DNA of 62,970 nucleotides, filler included, from Gonapodya sp. JEL0774 (taxonomy: Eukaryota), in NCBI GenBank assembly GCA_027604505.1. It is 9 parts of 9 records of this genome, joined end to end, with 100 filler letters (N's around TTAATTAATTAA, not from the genome) between each part and the next. Parts side by side here need not be neighbours in the genome. Positions count along the whole stretch, not along the records: positions 1 to 6,941 come from JADIIX010000547.1; positions 7,042 to 13,978 come from JADIIX010000548.1; 7 more parts are not named here. One strand, written 5' to 3'. The translations under genes and the position numbers were made by a program. Positions 1 to 14,078 of the stretch are shown piece after piece. Position 1 is the stretch's first letter. The number at the start of each line of letters is the position of its first letter. The notes under the pieces are model-generated. The model was not told where the DNA came from. It saw only the letters and a program-made list of their open reading frames with translations, and made no database searches.

Positions 1-495
1 GACGCTCTCCGCGCCGCTAGCAGAGAGCACTACTTCTTGTCCGTCACCAAACAGGGTCTCTCGGCCATCGTTCACACCGCGGGGAACCCTTCGTGCCACG
101 TCATTCTACGAGGCGGCAACGCCGGTCCAAACTACGAAGAATCGTACGTCTCTGCCGCTGCCGTCCAACTCGAACGCGCGAAGCTCCCGGCCAAGGTCAT
201 GGTGGACTGCAGCCACGGAAACAGTTCCAAGCAGTACGCACGACAGACCGTCGTGGCCGAGTCGGTCGCACATCAACTCGCGGAATCGGCATCGGGCGAT
301 GCCATATTGGGAGTCATGGTTGAGAGTCACATCAACGAGGGCAGACAGGACATTCCCTCGGGAGGACCCGGAGAGCTCAAGTACGGTGTCTCCATTACAG
401 ACGCATGTATTGCGTGGGAAACAACGGTCAAGCTGTTGGATGGGTTGAGGGATGGAGTAAGGGCAAGAAGGGCGAGAAAAGCTGGCTTGTCGTGA
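1..495 (+). CDS. ARO3/ARO4: Class I DAHP synthase (phospho-2-dehydro-3-deoxyheptonate aldolase), 3' part; 5' end outside the window
   Basis: Frame open from base 1 (DALRAASREHYFLSVTKQG). Motifs GNPSCHVILRGG, VMVDCSHGNS, GVMVESHINEGRQ and LKYGVSITDACIAWE are diagnostic. Confidence 0.97.
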   Translation, partial: DALRAASREHYFLSVTKQGLSAIVHTAGNPSCHVILRGGNAGPNYEESYVSAAAVQLERAKLPAKVMVDCSHGNSSKQYARQTVVAESVAHQLAESASGDAILGVMVESHINEGRQDIPSGGPGELKYGVSITDACIAWETTVKLLDGLRDGVRARRARKAGLS

Positions 496-574
496 TTCTG
501 CTCTTCCATGGACCGATTCAAGTGCGAGGCACCATGCGCAACGAAAAAGTTGTTTTTCACATTATAGTACAATT

Positions 575-2900
575 TCATGTCTTTTTAATACACAGTGCAT
601 CATCCAGCGACTTTGCTCTGTCCAATGCGCTTTGCCGGAGCACCCATTTCACGTCCATGGGGTGCCTCTCGATGTACACGGGTGGTTGCGGAGCTTCTCG
701 CCTTGGTGCTCCAAATGCGGTATCTGATGAACTCCGAATTCCCGCGCTAGCACCATAATTGTCACTCGGAGACAAAGTCCATACGCCCAGAAGGAAGTGC
801 AGGGATGCTACAATAGCTTCTATCAGAAGGAACAACCACGGCTTCGGCAATCCCGGTGTATACTGATTCCAGAAGCTCTCTTGCGAAGCCCCGTCACCGC
901 ATCTGAGCGGTGGAAGGCTCCTCACTTCATCTCCTTCTTGCCCTTCATCTGCAACACCGAATGTGTCCTCAAGGTCACTTTTCAGCCGCTCCCGAAATCC
1001 GACCCCCAACATCTCCAGTGAAATGAGATTCGGAACCACTTTCACTACATGTGAAAGCTCCACTTGAGAGTCAGCACGATCTTCGACGTCCATTCCTCGC
1101 AGTGCCCGACGTTGGAACCGCGGAGATGATATCGGTGTGAACAACACCGAACACGCGAGCGAGATGCACCGTGCCGCCAACCATCTCATCTGCAACATCC
1201 CGCGTGCACCACTCTCGGAGCCATAACTCTGGCCGGAGATCTGTCCAAACTCGTTTACGAAGGGGCGGGGCTTCAGGCACATGGCGTGGATGCTCAGAAC
1301 AGCCAACCTCTTTCCCATTCCAGAATCGGAAAGGGCGTTCAGAGTTGCAGGTCCGATGTTGTGTCCCCCTCGTATGCTCGCGATGCGGAGCTTGAGCAAA
1401 CTTGAAGGAGCAGAATGTGCCTTCGATGATGTCAGATCCCGCCCACCGCCGATGCAAGCCACAACCAACGCAAGCTCCTTATCAGTCCACACCGGACAGT
1501 CCCTTTCCGAAGATCGCCACTGCGGGGACACATCAAGCTCCTTAAGATGAATCAGTGGTTTGAGGCAGGCTAATGCGGCCGGCATGCCTTCCGGAGAGAA
1601 CAGGTCGGGGAGTTGAAGGGAAAGGGTTGTGATGGTTGGGAAGTTCGAAGCAATGACCTTAAGGACCGAGAAATTATTGCGAAATAGCAGACCTCGGAGG
1701 GATAGAGATTGCAACGAAGGAGATAAACTGTCGGTAGGGTCATGAAGTTTTCGTACCGTCGTGGCGATAGAGATGAGAAGTGGATCCAGATGTCGGGAAG
1801 TGAATCCATCGATGACGAGCGTTTGAAGGCCATGTCGAGGATCTGATGAGTGGTCACTGCCGATCCTGAACAATGCTCGCCAAAGCTCATTCGTGGAAGG
1901 AATGTGAAGGTGGTCACAATTGTCATTGAGAACAACGGTGAGGCTGTTGAGGTTCGAGACGCTGGAAGATATCTGAAGCAAGTCGTCAGAGTTGAGGCCA
2001 GTGTGCTAGGTTGGTGGAAGTACGCGAATGGTTTGAGAACACCTTTCGAGTATTTACTTCCTTGTACAGAATTGTTCTCACCTGTCCGATTAGGCAACGG
2101 CCCGAAGAATCTTGCCAGCACCCAAAACTAAATCCAAGACTCCGCACACGATCTTTCATCTGCAGGACCGACCGAACAAAACTCGGTGCACTGACCTGGC
2201 TGCCTTGGACGCTCAAAGATGTGAGTGCGGGGCACCTTGCGCTCACGGAATCAAGAATCGTGTTTCGGTAGGCTGGAAGAATTCGACACTGCACAAGTGA
2301 CAAAGTCGTGAGTGTGGTGGGGAGAAGCGAGATGACGGACTTCTGGAGGAATGAACCTGAGAGTGTAACGGACCCAAGAGCCTGATGGGAGTGTCCAGTC
2401 ATCTCAACAAGACTCTCCATATACGCAATCGTACTAGATCCAAATAGAGAGTTCGATATAAGCAACCTCCGCGGTCTTGGGCCAGTCATTCGCTCCAGCG
2501 GAGGGGACAATGTCACTCCATCCCGACTAATTGTGATGGTTTCCTTATGAACTCCCAAGGCAATCTGTGTGATTTTTTGGCAGTCAGGAAACGCTGCAAG
2601 AAGGCGCGCAAGAGGAAAAAGGTAGCAGGATGCACAAAGAGAATCCGCTTGCGGCAGTTGTAATACTGCAAGATCCCAAGCGGCACAACGTCTGCAGAAC
2701 AGACAAGACTGATCTGCGGGGCTGATGTCGCCTTGCAACCTAGTCAGAGGCCGCTCGACCAGAAGTTGAACGATTTGCCATAGAATCTCGTCAGGTAGGC
2801 ACTGGAAACGGTTCGTGAATTCGACACTTGAAGTTCCATAGCGCTTCTGCTTCACTGCACAGGCGTTTTCACTTTTCCCAGCCTCAATCGCCCCGAGCAT
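575..2900 (-). CDS. F-box-like / RNI-type leucine-rich repeat protein (spliced)
   Basis: N-terminal FQCLPDEILWQIVQLL is F-box-like, followed by repeated LxxLxL units (LTTLSL, LTSLSV, LQSLSL, LKELDV). A GT-AG intron at ~1974-2082 joins ORFs 1986-2900 and 575-1981 in frame. Confidence 0.65.
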
Positions 2901-3083
2901 TGTATGTTCGTCGCCGACGGAGCGAATTTGGTCTGGTACACGATGTGTGAAAATCAGTCAAGCTTGAGCTCTTCTGTTCCCCGAACAAGTGGCCACAGCA
3001 AATTTGGACCTCACTTAGGCGCTTTGTTCTCGTTCTGGGAACAATACAAGCAAAACATACTACAGAGTGACTCTTTTTAGTAC

Positions 3084-6000
3084 TTAGGCATTAAAAATGT
3101 CACGCGTGCCCGTGGCCGTTCCACCTTCACTATCCGTCACCAACGCAGTGGCCCGAATCTTGTGTGCCATTCCTTCCAACGTTTCGACGACAATACTACC
3201 GGTTCCACGACTAGGGATTCGAATATGAGTAGTGACACCCCCATTGATCGGTTCAAAGGTTTTCGCAAGTTCCGCATGCACAGAAGCCTTGAGTCTATCC
3301 ATGGGCTCTTTTGGAACCTTTGGTACCAACGGAATCGGATCTCGCAAGTGTGCACGCCATGAAGACTAAAAAATATCGCGTGCTTGTTGCGAGGATCAGA
3401 ACAAAATTGCGAAGAAATTACTCACCTGCATAAAATCAAGTTTCTTCGCCTTCACAGCTCCTGACAGTTCTCGTCTCCTGGCCATTTCCCTTGAAGTACT
3501 CACGACAATGCCAAGCGACCCAGCTTTCGGCACCGTCCCCAATAACGTCCGTCTGTCAAGAGTCGCTGCAAGCTGCCGGGCAGCCTTCTTCAAGTCCTTC
3601 GCCCCTGTTGCCCCGTCGTACATGAATCTGGTAAGCTCAGTAATCCGAGAAACGGCTGTCTGTGCAGGAATCTCCACGTGAGACGCTGCAACTTCGGACA
3701 GAAGAAGCTCCCGGGGATCCAGCTCCAAGAGCCTGTCGTTGTCTGCCTCGTCCTCCTGTTTCTGTTCCAATTCTCCATCGGCAGTTTGAGCACTTCCACT
3801 TCGCTCATTCTCCACACGCTGCGTAGGTCCGCGATCTCGTTGCACACTGCCGGCTCCCGCTTGAATTTGCACATCTTCTCTGACGAGCCTTCCCCGATAT
3901 CGCCGTTGGTCCTTATAATCTCTAATAATGGGGAAATCTCGGGGAGGAGGTCTAAACGCCTCTCCGTTAACAACTGTATCACGCCTGGAACCACGTACTT
4001 GCGTTGGCGCCGATCTCCAGTCGCGTCCTCCAAACTCCCTCTGCCCAGGCCCAGTTCCAATAAGAGGACCACCATCCGGAAGCGGTCTCATTCCCATGCT
4101 TCCTGATCGCATTGCGACTTCTCGGTCCCACCTTTCCCAGTCCATCCGATGGCGCTCCCAGTTCTCTCTCGCGATCGGTCCCATTCGGTGAGGGGGTGGT
4201 GGGGGCAAGGGCGGAGGTGGCTGAGGCATTGGTGGGCGAGAATCGAGAGCTGGAAGGCGGACTCCTCGTCCACCCCACGGGCCCAGCTGAGGGGGAGGGC
4301 CCATCATCGGAGCTCGACGTGGGGGTGTCAACCCCATAGGCTGAGAATGGCTTTGGGTGAAGCGGCTGCCTGCTTCAATTCGATCCCTCAAAGGTTGCCA
4401 ACCTGGTTCGATGACTTCGCGTCCTGCGGGTGGATACCGGCGATCATAGTCTCTGCGCCTTAAATCATCCTCTTGACGTCGAATCACTTCCTCTCTACGC
4501 CGAAAATCGTCTTCTTGACGCGAAAAATCCTCGTCCTGACGCCGAAAGTCGTTTCCGCGCCGGGGAGGAGAATATGTAATTTCCCCATCCTCTTTGCGAC
4601 CGACGTCCCATCGATCCCTTTGTACGGGCGTCCCCATTCTTCTCGGTGACGACTCTCCATCACGCCTGTCTGCAATGCGCTCTGTGAGCGATCGAGTCGA
4701 GGACCCAGGTTTCGATGGTTCTGCATAGCTACTCTGGAGACTGGACGGTGGCCCATCACGGTGAGCTCCTCTTTGGGTTTCCCCATTCTCGCGCTCATCA
4801 GTTCGCGGTAAAGAGCCAGGAATCAAAGTTGGCACGTCCCATGATGTCTCCTTGGTGTCTATATTCCAGTAATATGTCCGCCCGTCATTTGTTGTGGCAG
4901 CACGCCATGTGGGCGGCAGGGAAGCCTTATGATCCCGCTTCGCAACCGATGATACATCAATAGAAGTCCGGGACATCACGTCTGTCGACTTGCGTTGAAC
5001 GTCCGACGGCGCTGCGCCAGTTTCGATGTGGCTGCTCCGTTCGCGCGTTTCTCGCTCGTGGGGTGCACTTTCGCGAAACACGACACGACTATCTGAGAGC
5101 GAGCGTCTATCTCCGGCACTGTTGGTTTCTCGTATCCCTTGCTCCTGTTTTGATACCCCAGATTGCTCAGGTCTGCGCCCAGTGTCACCAAACGATCGTT
5201 GCGTTGCAATTCTGGAATCCTGATCCGCCAGGGAGTTCGACAATCGCCTAAATCCCAACCGATCCTCCACCTCATCCCGCCTTCTTGAGTCGGGTGTCCA
5301 CCTCGACGACAATCCTCTGTCGTCAAGGCCTTCTGATGCTCGATGCTCCAGGCGATCGTTCCGTTCGGACAGACTATCCCCTGCTAGTCTCGGACGCTTA
5401 TCCGGAGGTTTATCATCGTGCGGGGCTATTCGACCGGCCGTAGGTGGGGATGATGCCCGCAGTCTCTTTCTGTCGCCACGTTCATCAACGTTGGCGAACG
5501 GTACAACTGGCCGAGGTCCCAACCTGTCCAAGATCGAAGGTCGGCCGGCCGGAGCTTTAGGACGTTCCGAGTTCTCCAGTGTAGTTTGCACAGGAGAGGA
5601 GCCTGGCGATGCAGGAAACTGTGAGCTAAACATCATTGAGTACCGCTAGCGAAGGTCCCCGAACCTCTTCTGGCACCATGCGGTCCAACATTTGATTGGT
5701 TTGGACGCCATCCATCCCCTCCAGAAGGACCCAGACTCCCTGACTTTGCAGATGTAAATATCTGGGATTGTGGTGGCAGAGGTTTCCGCTCCCGAGCGGG
5801 AGGGGGTTCCATGCTGGCTACTGGGGCAGCCGACATCCCTGAAGCTGATGGAGCACTCTGCTCGGACGCAGTAGGTGTGACTGCTTGAAGTCGCTCTCTC
5901 TCTCTCCGCGCCGCACCAATGAGAGATATCTCGGTCCTTTGCGGTTGCACAGAATCCGCCGGTTCGTAATGCCGTGACGGGTCCATACGACCCCGAGGGG

Positions 6001-6376
6001 CATCGACATTCCGATTCGAGACCTGCGAAGGTTTTGCGTTCGAAAACCGCTCGCTTCCTCGTGAATCTGAGTGTGCTCTGCGTGTAGCAGGAGTAAAGTC
6101 GCGCGATTCTGGCGGAGATGCAGGCGCAGGCCGTCGCGTATCCGAATCCCCAGCTCTAGTGGCGGAAATGCGACGATCAGCTGACCAGGATCTGTTTTCT
6201 CGTTGATCTGAGACACTCTGAGGTTTGTCCTGATCGGGAACTCGGGTGTCCGAATCAGGTCTGTAAGAATCGCCGGAACGGCGTCCTTCCTGCAGCGGCG
6301 CCGTGATTGGTGGAACATGCGTTGAAGGTCGGAGGTTAGCAGGAGGCGGGGGTGGAAGAGAGTGCTGTTTGGACAT
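3084..6376 (-). CDS. Large low-complexity R/D/P-rich protein with one WW domain
   Basis: WW motif LPPTWRAATTNDGRTYYWNIDTKETSWDVP at ~4830-4920. ORFs 5633-6502, 3396-5636 and 3084-3347 are linked by short GT-AG introns at ~5603-5643 and ~3366-3425. Start ATG at 6376 is inferred. Confidence 0.7.
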
Positions 6377-6941
6377 TTGCTTTGGGTGTTGTTTTGAGTA
6401 CTTATGTACATGGACGACTGGAGCATGATCAACATGAACTGTGCTGTTCACAATCGTATTCAAAGCAACAACCAGGAAAACGAAGAGCTTTGCAGTAAGC
6501 ATTCAAGAATAAACTCTCTTGGGATAAGTTGGTGCAACGTTACAAGTGGAACCGCAAGTGGAATGTCCATATTCGTCGAATTTCGTGTAAATTGTTCCTT
6601 CAGACATAATGGGCCTGTCCAGAGCCCGGCGACGGTGAGTATGGTGGAGGTGGATAATATTGGGCAGGATACTGTGGCGGTGGGGGACCGGGAGGTGGAG
6701 GATAGTAGATATAGGGCCCGGCTGCCGTCTGCACCTGTACGCATGGTCTCGAGGATCAGGCATGTCGAAGTTTACAACCAAAACGCTTGAATTGACGAAC
6801 CATCGCATTGGGGCCATGTCGGGGGTAGAAGAAGAATTTCTCGAGGTGGGTGATGTTGTGTGAGACGACACCCAGGGTGTTGGAGCAGGCCAGAAGAACC
6901 TAGAACTACGTATGAGGACGTAGAACTAGTACCACGACGAC

Positions 6942-7041
6942 NNNNNNNNNNNNNNNNNNNNNNNNNNNNNNNNNNNNNNNNNNNNTTAATTAATTAANNN
7001 NNNNNNNNNNNNNNNNNNNNNNNNNNNNNNNNNNNNNNNNN
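6942..7041. other. Artificial contig spacer N44-TTAATTAATTAA-N44
   Basis: Six-frame stop linker, identical at all eight junctions. Confidence 0.99.
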
Positions 7042-10000
7042 AGAGTGGCTCCATCTCCTATTGAATGCACGCATGGATCGGAACGGCGGAAGTCCCAGAA
7101 TCTCACCTAAAAAAAACACAAAAGGAAACCATAAGCACGGGAGCATCTCCCATTTCCTGATCAAAACTCACTGTAGATCCTGCTCCCGTAAGGAAAAGTC
7201 CGCCCGAGGTCCACCCTGCGTTGTGAATGCCCTCACGACGACCTACGGAGAGAGTCACGATCAGAATGCATCCAACCACCGCAAAATTACTCTCTCTGAC
7301 CTGGAGGAGGCGGATCATGACCAAAAGTCAAGATCGGATCTCTAAACTTTCTGACGTCAAAAACTTTCCCCGTTTGGTCCATATCCCCACAGACCAGCAA
7401 CCGCTCATCGGGCGAAAAAGAAACGAAGTGAGTGTCGACCATACCCGTGAACGCTTTCCCTAACATTGGGATGGCACTGCGCGGTCTTCGCACATCGTAA
7501 ATGCGAACATTTTTCTCTTGATTCGGTCTTTCCACACCGTTGATAGTAGGCTCGCATGTGCCCAACGCTAACATGCTACCCGAGGCACTCAAAGCAGAGG
7601 AAGCAGCAGAAGTGTGCCCGAGTTCGGGAAAACTGGTGTACGACAAGGTTTCCAAGTCATAGCACCGAGCCTGCGTACGAACGAAACGTATCAATTCCGA
7701 TACGCCTCACGTGGGGTGCCAAAGCGATCGTCTCGGGAAGTACCCACCATCGCGGATTTTATGTCATCTTGAAAACCATAAGTAACAAACACGACGTTCT
7801 GTGCTGGTCCGTGACCCAACTCCATTGTTGCAGGACCGGCCCCCCTGAACCCAAATTATCTTCAGAACAACGCTTCCCCGACACACTACAAAAATACTCA
7901 CTGATCGTCGGAGTCAATCGCTTTCCGACGAAATCGAGGTGGAGAGGCTGTAACAAAGTTTATTCCAACGCTTGTTTGCAGTCTTGCCATCACCAGCGAT
8001 CTTATTCGAAGCCGTTCACATTCGAGAGCGTGATTTGAAAGTGCTATGATTACATGCAACTCGATGTGGAAATGTGCACCGAGACTCACGCGTCGCGATC
8101 GGCTGAAACCACCAGGAGGTCGCCCTGTTGATCAAGCCCCGCCACGATCGTAGAAACCCAGCCAGCGTGACGGTCTTATGGCAACATTCATGCGTGACGG
8201 AGTGTTTCAACGCATTTTGGATGGAAACATTGTAACACTGGTACACTTACAGGATCCAATTGGACTCCCGTGTTCTGCGTCCCAACATCTCACTGCGCGA
8301 TCGTACCCACCGGACACAAGAATATTCGGCCCTTGAGGTGCTTTCACGACAACAGTTTCCGATACCGTTCGTGCGATGACTGATGTGACGGTTATCACCA
8401 TTCAAAATGGACAGAAGAGAGAGATAATGAACGCGACACTGCCTACCACGCTCCACTTGTACCCAATCTAAATTGTTCGAGGACCAGTTGAGCAATGTTA
8501 AGTTCCGTCCTTCAACATCGCATCGAGAAGCACAAAGCCATACCGTGCTGATTCACGCGGTACTGGTGGCCCATGAGTGAACGCACAGTCCCTTTGAACG
8601 TGCCCGTACATCAATACAAGTTAAAATCCAAAACCTTCATGTCTACTCACGATCCTGGAGATCCACTTGCACAAGCGTTCTCGCGATTCCCTGATTAAAC
8701 GCGTCGCGTGCTGCTCCGTTTGCGAACACTCTGATGCGCCCATCTGAAGGAGACGAGACCGCATGTAGTTGTATGACGGAGCCCGCGAGATGGGCTTGTG
8801 TCAAATTCACCGGGGATGAAAGGAGGTGAGGCGTTCGGCTTCGTAGACTTGTATTCTGAGATACCGAAGTGAGTAGACACAGTGAACGGTTCCAAAACTG
8901 TTCGTCCACCGTCTATTGCTAGCTCACTCACCCCCAACAATTTTGTTGGCTCAGGTGTGCGACTTCCCACAGCACCCCTCCATCCTACGTGAGCTTTGGT
9001 TTCTCGCCACCGAATCTGCTTCCAAAAGCTCATCTTCCCTGCGTCTGCAGGAGGCCCAGGCGAGCTTCTTCGAACAAGAGTACCCGAATGCTTTGGATAA
9101 TTCGAAAACTGGGTGTAAACTTGATCTTTGAAGCGTCGTGTAGAACTGGCGCCGATACCGGTGCCCTCCTTCTCCGTGAAAATACATGGAGGATGAAAGC
9201 GTAGTGTTATTCGCGGCGATTTTATAGTAGTGGTGAACTCGAGCATCTTCAGTAAGTGCACTTACCGTCTCGCCTCTGTTCTTTCGCTTTCTTTTCAGTC
9301 TCATCCGTGGCGAAGACTTTACCACGATGTCCCCATCCTCATCTGTGATTTCTGTCAAATTGTTCATGGACGCCTCCTCATCCATAAATTTTTCAATCAG
9401 CCATTCCTTTCGAATCAAGTCGGTCGGTTCTGGAAGCCAGTGCTCATCATCAGAAGAAGGCAGGGTTGAATGCAAGGAGAGGACCCAAGGTGGTGGGTGG
9501 ATTGTTATAGAGGTACCCAAAGCAAGAAACTTGTCCTTGTTGGCCGAGCCATTGCCTCGAACATTAGCTGGACCCTTTCCCTTGATGTCAAGAATAGTTC
9601 CGAGTTGTTTGCCCAACTCCGGACCCTGCCTTTCCTGTTTGATGTGTTCTTCGTCAGAAGAGTCGATCACAATGGGTCTATCTTCGCGGGGCCTAGTTAC
9701 ACTGCGATGATGAGCGACAGAGCTTCTCCGCCCTCTGGGACCGCGAAGCCGCCCACCGCGTCCTCGTATGCGGCCTACTTGGCCACGGCCACCGCGGTGC
9801 CCCCTCCCACGACCACTTTGGGGCTCACTCTGGGGTGCGGTTAGCGGATCGGGTGACGATTCAGGAGATGAGGGCAATTGTACGGCACCACGAGTTTTGT
9901 CATCGTGCAGCGCAGTCACCCTTTCCTCGTCATATTCACTCTCGGTGATGATGAAGTTCTTGGTAGCTTTTTCGTTCTCTTCCCAAAAGAGATTTCCATC

Positions 10001-13000
10001 ATCTCGGACCAAGCTCCTACTAGAGTTCCCAACGCCCGAGTTTAGTGACATCCCTTCTTCCTCCTCACTCTCTTCCATAGGCGCACCATGAAGATCCGGA
10101 TTGGTGCGCACAATAGAAACCAGGGCACGTTTAACGGCGGAGGACGAATTGATTGCCGAAGCCAGCTTAGCAATAAGTGATTGAGTCTCCCAGTATGACG
10201 AGCCTTGACGTTTATCTTCCAGGCGCCCAGTTGCGTCGTCGCCCAAGTCTGAAGAGACACTGACAGAGATAGCGGATGGTGAGCGAGATTGAGGTGCAGA
10301 GATATCTAACTGTGACTGTGATTTCGGTGACTTGGGTGGGGCGGGGGGTAGAGGCCATGCAAAGACCACCCCAGGTGGTACCACCGGGGTCGAGGCGCGA
10401 GTGGAAGTTTGTTGTTGCTGGTGCGCTAAAGAAAAAATGGTGATGTGTGACAGTTGACGCATCAACGCGAACATCCTTCTTACACTTCTCGTTCTGATCT
10501 GCCTCAGGCTCGAAATCTGACTCGATATATAGAATCACGTCATCATCCACATTTGGCTTCACAGATTCGTCATCAGCTGCGCCTCGCCCTTTATCACTTG
10601 TCAGAGATTTTGGCACATTTCCGCTGCGTCCTCTTACTCTTCCTCTCCTGGCCCGCCCTCCGCGAGTCGATCTTGGTGACAGGACAGGTATTGCAGGAGC
10701 ATCCACATGAGAAAGTCCTCCCGAAGCGCCTCCCCCACGACTCCGTCGTGCTCTGCCTCCGCGTGCGAGGGGACTAGGAGGAGCAGTGTTTGGCAGAGAT
10801 GTGGACACTTGTGACACGTTTGATGAGGAAAGAGAAGGAGGCTGAGCGATGCCACCATCATCACCAATGCCATCGAGCTTGGGAGCAGAGTGGACTGCAG
10901 GGGTTGCTGACGCGGGAGCACTTACGCGAGCAAATCGAGGTGAGGTGCGAAGAGGAGGTGTTGCGGCATCCGATTCGGAATCTGAGGAAAGGATGATATA
11001 CTCGGCAGCCAGATCCGGATCACGGTGAGGTGCGATTTGCGCAAGGTCGTGATCCCGAGAGGCAAAAGGCAAAGAAGTACATGAGGAAGGGAGTGTCTGG
11101 ATAGATGCTTCTGTGGGCAATGGTCGTGGAGGTCCGGATGAGGGAGACGTGGCAGAGGGCTCTGGTGCGACAGCTTGCTGACTTAACTGTTGCTGAAATG
11201 GCGAGGATGATGGCAAGGAAGCCACAGAGTGCACTGGACAAACTTCTCCTATAGGAACGACACACGCCGTACACGACGACCATGACTTGGGAGCTTCACC
11301 AGTTCCATCATTCAAAATACTAGGGGCACCACGCTGTTTAAACAAAGACTTCAGAGTTTGCATAGGATCGGCGTGGGTCTCCCAAGCACTCACCGAAGTC
11401 GTTGGGGCAGCAATGGCGGATCCCAACGCACCAGCAACCACATTCTGTTGCGCAATACTGGATTCCAATGCGGAAGTGAAGGAGGGAGAAGGGAACAATT
11501 GGCGGAGGGAGGTAGAGCGGGGAGATATGAATGGCCTTGGAGTTGTGGTGGCTGGTATTGAATCAGGATTCACCTTTGGCGAAGAAGTTGCAGTAGTGCC
11601 AAAAGATGGGGAAGTCGAAGAGAGTATGGGAGTTGGACGGGGGGCAGTCACATGACGAGGAGCTGCATCCTCGGTCTCTGTGGTTGCATTCGTAACTCCC
11701 ACCAACCTGCTCATCTGATGAGCACGCGTATGCGACCTCGTTGAGCGAGGACCAGATGTTGCGGCTACTGGCACTTCCTCATCGTCAGATGAGACGATGA
11801 TAAGCTCTGCACTGAAGGAGGAGTCCCGCACCAGTGTATCTTCAACGGCAATAGTCGTAACAGACGAGGATAGAGCGGGATCGCTTGGCAGTTCACTTTG
11901 GTTATCAACTGGGGTCCTGTTTGCTGAAGCAGTTCCAGACACGACGACTGGGGATTGACCCAAGTTCGAACCAACGCCCGAGTTTGACGTGAAAGTGATC
12001 GCATGCACCAGTGCTGCAGCAGATCCGGCTGTGATGCGGTCATGAGGAGGTGGGGGTGGAACTGCAACGGGTGCAGGTAAGTACGCAGGTGCAGCGACCG
12101 TGACCGGACTCGGCGGATGCACAAGACTGGAAGGTGGTAAAGGAGTATTTTGCTGAGTAAGAAAGCTTTCAGGAACGCCAGGTTGGGCAGGAAGGCTCTC
12201 CATGGTGGGGGCAGAGCTGGGCCTCACGTCATAACTGTTAGACTGCATTGTGGAACGTTCGGGTATATCGGAACAGAGCACACTCTGATCAACACTAAAG
12301 CTCCTCTTTGCAGAGTCTGGCACGGGTTCTGCACTCGGTCCATGTCCAGCAATACTCGGTGTCTCTCGTCCCACATCCAGGCGGGCTTGCAAATCACCAT
12401 CAGCCAGTCCATTCCTGAATATGCTTCCCGCAGACATCCAAGACGCCACACCACTCGCATTTGCGGTGTTGGTTGGTGTGTCCACTTCACTGATCCGTGC
12501 TTTCTTCCTTGGCGTTGCGCTAGCGTTACGAGCACGGCTGCGCCCGCGGCGGGGGGCTCCAGGCCGACGAGATGGCACTTCGGGGCGATCGGACACTTCA
12601 TCGTCTGTAGAAGAGAGAACAATGATCTCATTTTCATCCGATGCAGGCGCGGTCACAAGGTGACCTAGGTGGTCTGACTGTGCCGAGGAAGGGAGGGTGT
12701 CAGACGGAGAAAGAAGTGGTGCAGATGAAGGCGTGAATACTTGAGAAGGCGCGAGAAGAGGCGATTCGGATGCTTTGCGTTTGACGGCCGTGCCTGATGC
12801 GGGTACATCACAGGAAGGGAGTGGCTGGGAAGTTACAATGTCCTCCACAGCTGCGCCAACTTGGCCTTCCGCCACATTTGTCTTTGCGACTGCAATGCCA
12901 CAACCATCACCGGCACCAGAACTTTCAGCCTGTGACTGCCAACTTTTCGTATCAACTTCTTCACCAACTCCGGCCCGCGTATTTTCCAAGGGATTTGCAT

Positions 13001-13322
13001 GCAAAGAATCTGCCTCCACGTGAATATCCATGATTTCATCGGGATCATCAATGTCGGATAGTGGCCACGGACGCAGGTCAGAGGATGCCAGGTCACGGTG
13101 GGTCGCACGCGATGGTGGAGGTGGTGGGTCCGGTACATCAGCTTCGAGGTGCTGCTCGTCGAGGATGATTGAGAGTGGCCACGGTGGGGAGTTGTTGTTC
13201 GTGGGGCGAGCATTGCCTTGGGGCGCGGAGTTTGGGGACACAGCTTCAACGGGAACTCCTTCGTCCGAAGAATCATCCATCGTCAGGTCAATCACATCAT
13301 GTGACGGATGAATGTTTGCCAT
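7042..13322 (-). CDS. WD40-repeat protein, DCAF type, resembling fungal Raf1/Clr8/Dos1, with a very long disordered N-terminus; 3' truncated
   Basis: C-terminal exons read NILVSGGYDRAVRCWD, NVRIYDVRRP, FVSFSPDERLLVCGDMDQTGKVFDVRKFRDPILTFGH, and EGIHNAGWTSGGLFLTGAGST|VRFWDFRRSDP. The N-terminal ~1500 aa are S/P-rich with RGG tracts. The WD40 call is firm; Raf1 orthology is inference. Confidence 0.7.
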
Positions 13323-13978
13323 CTTGCTGAGTACTGAAGATCGATAATAGTCATGAATGTTTCGGTCACGGGATATTTGTCATTAGTCTTCAAACTCCTC
13401 CAAGCTCACGTACTTGCTTTCTCACCTTATGTTTCTGTACAGCAGGTCTTCCTTCAGACTCAAACTGAATTGAAACGAGCGTTCTCGTCTTTCAAATCAG
13501 AGAGTTCGAGGAGGGTCCAGTCACTGGGAACGTCTCCACAACCCACCCAATGTTGCGCAAACTTCAAGAGAGATTGAGAAACTGGAATTGGGACAGCAAT
13601 TCTTTTGTGGCTTTGGCTGATGAACCCGGAAGAAGCCACCTACAGCTTGGATTCGCGAGGTCAAAGCACAATGCACGTTGGAGCCGACTCCGACATTCGC
13701 CGATTCTGTTCAAGAAACCGGCAGAAACGTCAGCCACTGAGTCGTACCGAAGAAATCACCGCGGGCGGGGGGTTTGCTGGATGGCTTTTGTCGGTGTGGG
13801 TGTCACGACATATGTAGGAAGATGGAACACCAGTACAAATCCACTGTACCAAACCGGTTCTCTGACGGATAGCGATCGCCGCCAGCTCAATAAAATTACG
13901 TTTGAAGTTTGAATTCGAAAGCATTATATGTTGACAAGAATCGAGTCAAAATCAGCCCTAACAGCTCTCGTGAATGTC

Positions 13979-14078
13979 NNNNNNNNNNNNNNNNNNNNNN
14001 NNNNNNNNNNNNNNNNNNNNNNTTAATTAATTAANNNNNNNNNNNNNNNNNNNNNNNNNNNNNNNNNNNNNNNNNNNN
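13979..14078. other. Artificial contig spacer
   Basis: N44-TTAATTAATTAA-N44. Confidence 0.99.

Noticed and set aside
11714..11742. Hammerhead core CTGATGA plus a small stem (also at ~1844)
   Set aside because: GAAA and stems I/III are missing, and both sites lie within coding exons.
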